20,000 bases of DNA from Catajapyx aquilonaris (lineage: Eukaryota): NCBI GenBank assembly GCA_000934665.2, contig KZ538461.1, positions 50,299 through 70,298 on the forward strand, written 5' to 3'. Below the pieces are notes generated by a model. It had not been told where the DNA came from. It did no database searches and was given only the letters and a program-made list of their open reading frames with translations. Position 1 is the first letter of the stretch; every line of letters begins with the position of its first letter. Position numbers and translations under genes: made by a program. This document shows positions 19,786 through 20,000 of the stretch, one piece after another.

Positions 19786-20000
19786 GAAAGACACTAAACA
19801 AAAGCAAAAATACCACTTTTCATAAATTTGTACCTCATTTATCAAGAATCTATACCAGGTTTTGATATTATGTTATGACAGAACCGGTCTTTCCTTTATG
19901 AAATATAAAAGAATATTGCAAATTAAAAATGGCGTTTTCCATATATTAATTTTTGAAATGTGCATGTTGTTGCATAGAAACAAAAATCGCCCCTGTGAGA
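19786..20000 (-). mobile_element. Inner part of the right terminal arm of the Sola2-like element, running to the window edge
   Basis: Reverse complement of ~7510-7753, by eye roughly 85% identical. Confidence 0.75.

Overview
Eukaryotic DNA, probably invertebrate/arthropod: GT-AG introns, very short introns, many MITEs. It holds two convergent spliced genes that the ORF track only partly captures. (1) The last three coding exons of a PPP1R14/CPI-17-family PP1 inhibitor on + (1510-1596, 2110-2151, 2539-2580). (2) An apparently complete MCFD2-like secretory two-EF-hand gene on - (join 16375-16377, 16156-16302, 11204-11514, 9397-9545, 9162-9340; 262 aa, or 255 aa from the ATG at 16284) with a long Q-rich/His-Gly N-terminal region. 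Much of the remaining sequence is transposon debris: Tc1/mariner-, hAT-, Harbinger- and CACTA-type MITEs, a tRNA-derived SINE, a Gypsy remnant with a 113-bp LTR, and two pieces of a probable Sola2 element whose inward-facing arms bracket MCFD2. The MCFD2 intron 11515-16155 is a nest of concentric inverted repeats. No new biological system is established; the leads below are hypotheses.
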